Origin: Candidatus Hydrogenedens sp.
GTDB taxonomy: Bacteria > Hydrogenedentota > Hydrogenedentia > Hydrogenedentales > Hydrogenedentaceae
Direction: 5' to 3'
DNA length: 64,000 nt
Assembly: GCA_049968235.1 (NCBI GenBank)
Contig: JBMFRC010000001.1
Coordinates: forward strand, 128,001 to 192,000
A program made the translations under genes and the position numbers. Positions 60,432 to 64,000 of this stretch are shown one piece after another. The stretch's first letter is position 1. Every line of letters begins with the position of its first letter. The notes beneath the pieces were generated by a model. That model did not search any database. It was not told where the DNA came from and saw only the letters and a list, made by a program, of their open reading frames with translations.

Positions 60432-61667
60432 ATGACTAAAAACGTTGGAATTTTTCATCCAAGAAAGAAAACATATTCGGTCCGTGTTCGGAATTGTTTT
60501 ATAGGTGGGGAAGCACCCATTGTTGTTCAAGCAATGACAAATACAAACACGGAAGATGCAGAGGCAACAGCCAGACAGGTAGCAGACTTATTCCAGGCAG
60601 GTGCAGAAATTGTTCGAATTACTGTTAACACACCCTTGTCGGCAAAGAGTGTTCCGGAGATAAGAAAACGACTGGAAGATATGGGGTTAGATGTTCCGTT
60701 AGTAGGAGATTTTCATTATAACGGACATACTTTATTATCTAAATATCCCGAATGTGCTCAGGTTCTCGATAAGTTTCGTATCAATCCGGGAAATGTAGGT
60801 CTCAAAGAAAAAAAAACAACTCATTTCCTTCAAATATGCAAAATTGCAAGGGACTTAAATAAACCCATTCGGATAGGGGTTAACATTGGTTCTCTCGATG
60901 CTGACCTTGTTATCAAGCAAATGGAAATCAATGCAAAATCTACTCATCCTAAAACCAGCAGTGAGATATATGATGAATGTATGGTCCTATCTGCCCTGCA
61001 ATCTGTGGATATGGCACAAAAAGCAGGTTTGAAACCTGAACAAATTGTAATATCCTGCAAAAGTAGTTCACCGATACAATTAATCCGTGTATATCGAAAA
61101 TTATCTGAACGGACACAACAACCACTTCATTTAGGACTAACAGAAGCAGGTTCAGGTATGCGTGGAATTGTCTGGTCATCAACCGCAATGGGAATACTTT
61201 TATCGGAAGGGATAGGTGATACAATTCGTGTGAGTTTAACACCTTCATCAGTAAATGACCGTAGAGAAGAGGTTTATTCCGCACAGGAAATTTTGCAATC
61301 GTTAGGTATTCGTCAATTTGCACCTCAGGTTATATCCTGTCCCGGATGTGGTCGTACTTCCAATCATACCTTTCAGAAAATAGCGGAACAGGTTCAAAAA
61401 TATATACGGGAACATTTACACTACTGGCGTAAAAAGTATAATGGGGTTGAACAAATGAATATTGCTGTTATGGGATGCATCGTCAACGGACCCGGTGAAT
61501 CGCGTTTCGCCAATATAGGGATTAGTTTGCCAGGGAACGGTGAACATCCCCAATGCCCTGTTTACATTGATGGTGAAAAAAGAACTATATTGAGTGGGGA
61601 TGCAGATGAATTAGCAAGCCAATTCATCAAGTTAATCGAAGAATACATTCATACACATTACTTATAG
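60432..61667 (+). CDS. ispG: 4-hydroxy-3-methylbut-2-en-1-yl diphosphate synthase (MEP pathway)
   Basis: VQAMTNTNTEDAEATARQ...AGAEIVRITVNT; C-terminal CPGCGRT [4Fe-4S] cysteine motif; typical 411-aa length. Confidence 0.9.
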   Translation: MTKNVGIFHPRKKTYSVRVRNCFIGGEAPIVVQAMTNTNTEDAEATARQVADLFQAGAEIVRITVNTPLSAKSVPEIRKRLEDMGLDVPLVGDFHYNGHTLLSKYPECAQVLDKFRINPGNVGLKEKKTTHFLQICKIARDLNKPIRIGVNIGSLDADLVIKQMEINAKSTHPKTSSEIYDECMVLSALQSVDMAQKAGLKPEQIVISCKSSSPIQLIRVYRKLSERTQQPLHLGLTEAGSGMRGIVWSSTAMGILLSEGIGDTIRVSLTPSSVNDRREEVYSAQEILQSLGIRQFAPQVISCPGCGRTSNHTFQKIAEQVQKYIREHLHYWRKKYNGVEQMNIAVMGCIVNGPGESRFANIGISLPGNGEHPQCPVYIDGEKRTILSGDADELASQFIKLIEEYIHTHYL

Positions 61668-62151
61668 GATTCTGTAACCATTAGGAAATAAGAGTATTTC
61701 TTAGGCACAAATTTGTTCCTTCATCTTTATAAATTTATCTTTATATAAATAATCAAAAGAAATATCTACATCTACCAGTCCATTTTTGATAAGGTGAGCA
61801 TTTAAAATGTTTTTTTTAGATACAAACACACAAGAAGAATCCCTTCAAAATTATATTTTCTCGTATCATATTTCAGAAATACTTTTTGATTTTTGAGTTT
61901 TTGAGTTAAGAACTTTATTGCATCTTGTTCCTTTTCCCTGTTTGTTTTAACTCCTAATAATCTCACTTTTAAGCCATTATTTAGAATTAATTCTTCCGGA
62001 CTGATAACCTCTTTAACGCTGATGTACTCTTCTCTTGTATATTCATTGTCTATGTCAATTTTAGAGCTGAATTTAAGTAATTTAGGATTGATTTTTTTTC
62101 AAAATGAACAGGGTCTTTAAATATATATGGTAATTTTTCAATTTCATTATC

Positions 62152-62927
62152 CTAATTTCCATCTAATACATTTCGATAAAAGATTTCAAAATCGGCTTCT
62201 GAAAATAACAAGTTTTTCTCAATGCCGAGTTTGTCTTTGATAATAGGGAAAATTTCCTTATTTATTTCATATCTAACTGAATTGCAGAATAAGTGTTTTG
62301 CAGATAAAATAGTTGTTCCACTCCCTAAAAAAGGGTCTAATACAGTGTCCCCGATAAAACTGAACATTTTTATTAATCGTTTTGGTAATTCTTCGGGAAA
62401 CATTGCCAAATGTTCCGTCTGTTTTTCCCCGTTAAAATTCCAGTGTCCAGAAAAGTATTTGTTCCATTCTTCTTTACTTAATTTTATTTCTTTAGGCACA
62501 GACGGAGGATTGCCCGGTTTTTTGAACACCAGTATAAATTCATAGTCTATTTTGATAATCCCATTCCTTGGATAGGGATAACTTCCCATCACAGAAGTAC
62601 TGCCAGTAGTATTCATCGTTGTGGGTTTCTGCCATATAATTGCCCCCATATAATCAAAACCAATAGTTTCGCAAAATTTTATAATTTCAGTTCGTATTGG
62701 GATAATCTTATACCTGCCATAATATATTGGTCATCCACATTTATACACAATCGACAGCCATCTTGTAATACTCTATAACATTCATTCCATACCAGATTAA
62801 GATAATTGATGTATTTTTCGTAAGAGTCATTAAAACCAATCTGTTGTTCTACTCCATAATCTTTCAATTGCCAATAGGGAGGAGAAGTTATGATAAGATG
62901 AATGCTTTTATCCTGGATTTCATTCAT
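62152..62927 (-). pseudogene. frameshifted beta-class N4/N6 DNA methyltransferase (SPPY ... FxGxG)
   Basis: Upstream fragment has motif IV IITSPPYW. Downstream fragment, in the -1 frame, has IIWQKP and motif I DPFLGSGTT. The two frames overlap as open reading frames between about 62680 and 62740, so a single-base indel splits one gene. Confidence 0.6.
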
Positions 62928-63038
62928 CTTCGTAAATCACCGATAATGATTTTTGAAATGTTTTCATAGGAATTATTTTTTGTTCAACGGAATTGTTGTA
63001 TCAGATATATTATAAGACACCTGTAAAACAAATGACAT

Positions 63039-64000
63039 TTATCTTGTTGGACTATTAACAATCTCTTTCCATGCGGAGGTTGGTTGTTCTTTGAATTGAG
63101 TTTCGTTTATAGGGTAGATAAAAAGGGCAGGGATGTGTTTTTCTTCGGCGAAGCGAAATGCTTTTTCTTTTCCCATGACCATGAAAGCAGTGGCGTAGGC
63201 ATCTGCATAGGCACAAGTGGGATGAATAACACTAACAGAAGCGATAGTATTCGGTACAGGATAACCTGTATGCGGGTCTATTTCATGGGAATATTTCTTC
63301 CCTTCCCAGAAGTAAAAATTTCGATAGTTTCCGGAGGTTGCCATTGCCAGGTCTTTGAGTTTTATTGCAAGAAAGGTAGAATGCTCCATAGAAACCGGCC
63401 TCTCAATTCCGATGTTCCACAAATTCCCGGGGATTTTCTCTCCTTTCACACGCACTTCCCCACCAACTTCTATCATATAACTATTGAAAGAGTTTTGGTC
63501 TAATAGTTCTGCTACCTTATCGACTGCATATCCTTTGGCAACTGCAGAAAAATCACACTGTATTTCGGGGTTATGTTTTTTTATTCCTTCGGGGAGAATT
63601 TCTATTTTTTGATAATCTACTTTCATTTTAGCATCTTCAATCTGTTCTCTTGTTGGGGGTTGGTCAACAAGTTTCGGTCCAAATCCCCAAATTTGAACAA
63701 GAGGAAAAACGGTAATGTCAAGTGCTCCACCTGTCTGCCGGGCTATTTCAAGAGAAATTTCAAACACCTCTCGTGTCTCTGGAGAAACAGGGAAAGGTAG
63801 ATCGTCTTTATACTGATTAAAACGACTTAACTCCGAATCGGAGTTATAGGTGGACATTAAATTATCTATTTTTGAGAGGCAGTTATGGATTTTTTCACCA
63901 ATACCTTCCGGGAGAATTTCCCCCCGGGGTAAAACAATTTTAACCTGATAAGTTGTCCCCATAGTATTGCCTGAAAAAGAAAAAATACTATACGGAGGGA
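63039..64000 (-). CDS. apbE: FAD:protein FMN transferase ApbE; 5' end beyond window
   Basis: MGTTYQVKI ... SGNYRNFYFWEGKKYSHEIDPHTGYP are ApbE signatures. The frame remains open upstream of the ORF-track Met to position 64000 (..SLRIVFFLFQAIMGTT, signal-peptide-like), so the true start lies outside the window. Confidence 0.75.
   Translation of the reverse strand, partial: PPYSIFSFSGNTMGTTYQVKIVLPRGEILPEGIGEKIHNCLSKIDNLMSTYNSDSELSRFNQYKDDLPFPVSPETREVFEISLEIARQTGGALDITVFPLVQIWGFGPKLVDQPPTREQIEDAKMKVDYQKIEILPEGIKKHNPEIQCDFSAVAKGYAVDKVAELLDQNSFNSYMIEVGGEVRVKGEKIPGNLWNIGIERPVSMEHSTFLAIKLKDLAMATSGNYRNFYFWEGKKYSHEIDPHTGYPVPNTIASVSVIHPTCAYADAYATAFMVMGKEKAFRFAEEKHIPALFIYPINETQFKEQPTSAWKEIVNSPTR

Noticed and set aside
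61668-61700. Possible rho-independent terminator after ispG (GAAATA-AGAG-TATTTC, then TT)
   Set aside because: The stem is only 6 bp and almost entirely A/T, with a weak U-tract. It is too weak to call.
63084-63503. 139-aa plus-strand ORF
   Set aside because: It is antisense to the apbE gene, whose minus-strand frame carries ApbE signature motifs.
1-64000. Searched intergenic regions for tRNA/rRNA genes, CRISPR arrays and IS/transposase ORFs
   Set aside because: There are no cloverleaf-compatible segments, no regularly spaced direct repeats, no rRNA-like conserved stretches and no transposase-like ORFs. The intergenic tracts are simple AT-rich promoter-like DNA.

Overview
This 64 kb window comes from an AT-rich diderm (Gram-negative) bacterium. 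About 40 kb of it (positions 1-40425) is one co-directional, minus-strand gene array, possibly a single transcription unit. Reading in the direction of transcription it contains:
- a four-gene ABC / ABC-2 / GldG-like / DUF4340-like module;
- a 3825-aa giant surface protein built from two diverged super-repeats, two PKD domains and TIG domains;
- a membrane-anchored matrixin-type (HExxHxxGxxH) zinc protease;
- a complete type II secretion operon, gspC-D-E-F-G-H-I-J-K-L-M;
- a second, type-IV-pilus-like module: a PilB-like ATPase, PilT, a second GspE/PilB-like ATPase, a PilC/GspF platform protein and at least two further prepilin-type proteins. This module runs off the window start.

All three extension ATPases carry N-terminal tandem MshEN-type c-di-GMP-binding motifs. 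No prepilin peptidase, no second secretin and no PilMNOPQ set is present in the window.

The remaining 24 kb holds ordinary housekeeping and envelope genes:
- an unknown 988-aa exported protein, followed by ComF-like, GT9 heptosyltransferase and metallophosphoesterase genes;
- thiL, an NAD(P)H-hydrate dehydratase, and a large membrane sulfatase-like fusion protein;
- menF-menD, a Tat-exported sugar-phosphate isomerase-like protein, a PIG-L deacetylase, an Ig-like surface protein and ispG;
- a frameshifted beta-class SPPY DNA methyltransferase;
- apbE, which runs off the window end.

No rRNA, tRNA, CRISPR array or recognisable IS element or transposase was found. All calls rest on motif recognition by eye and the supplied six-frame translations; no database search was possible.
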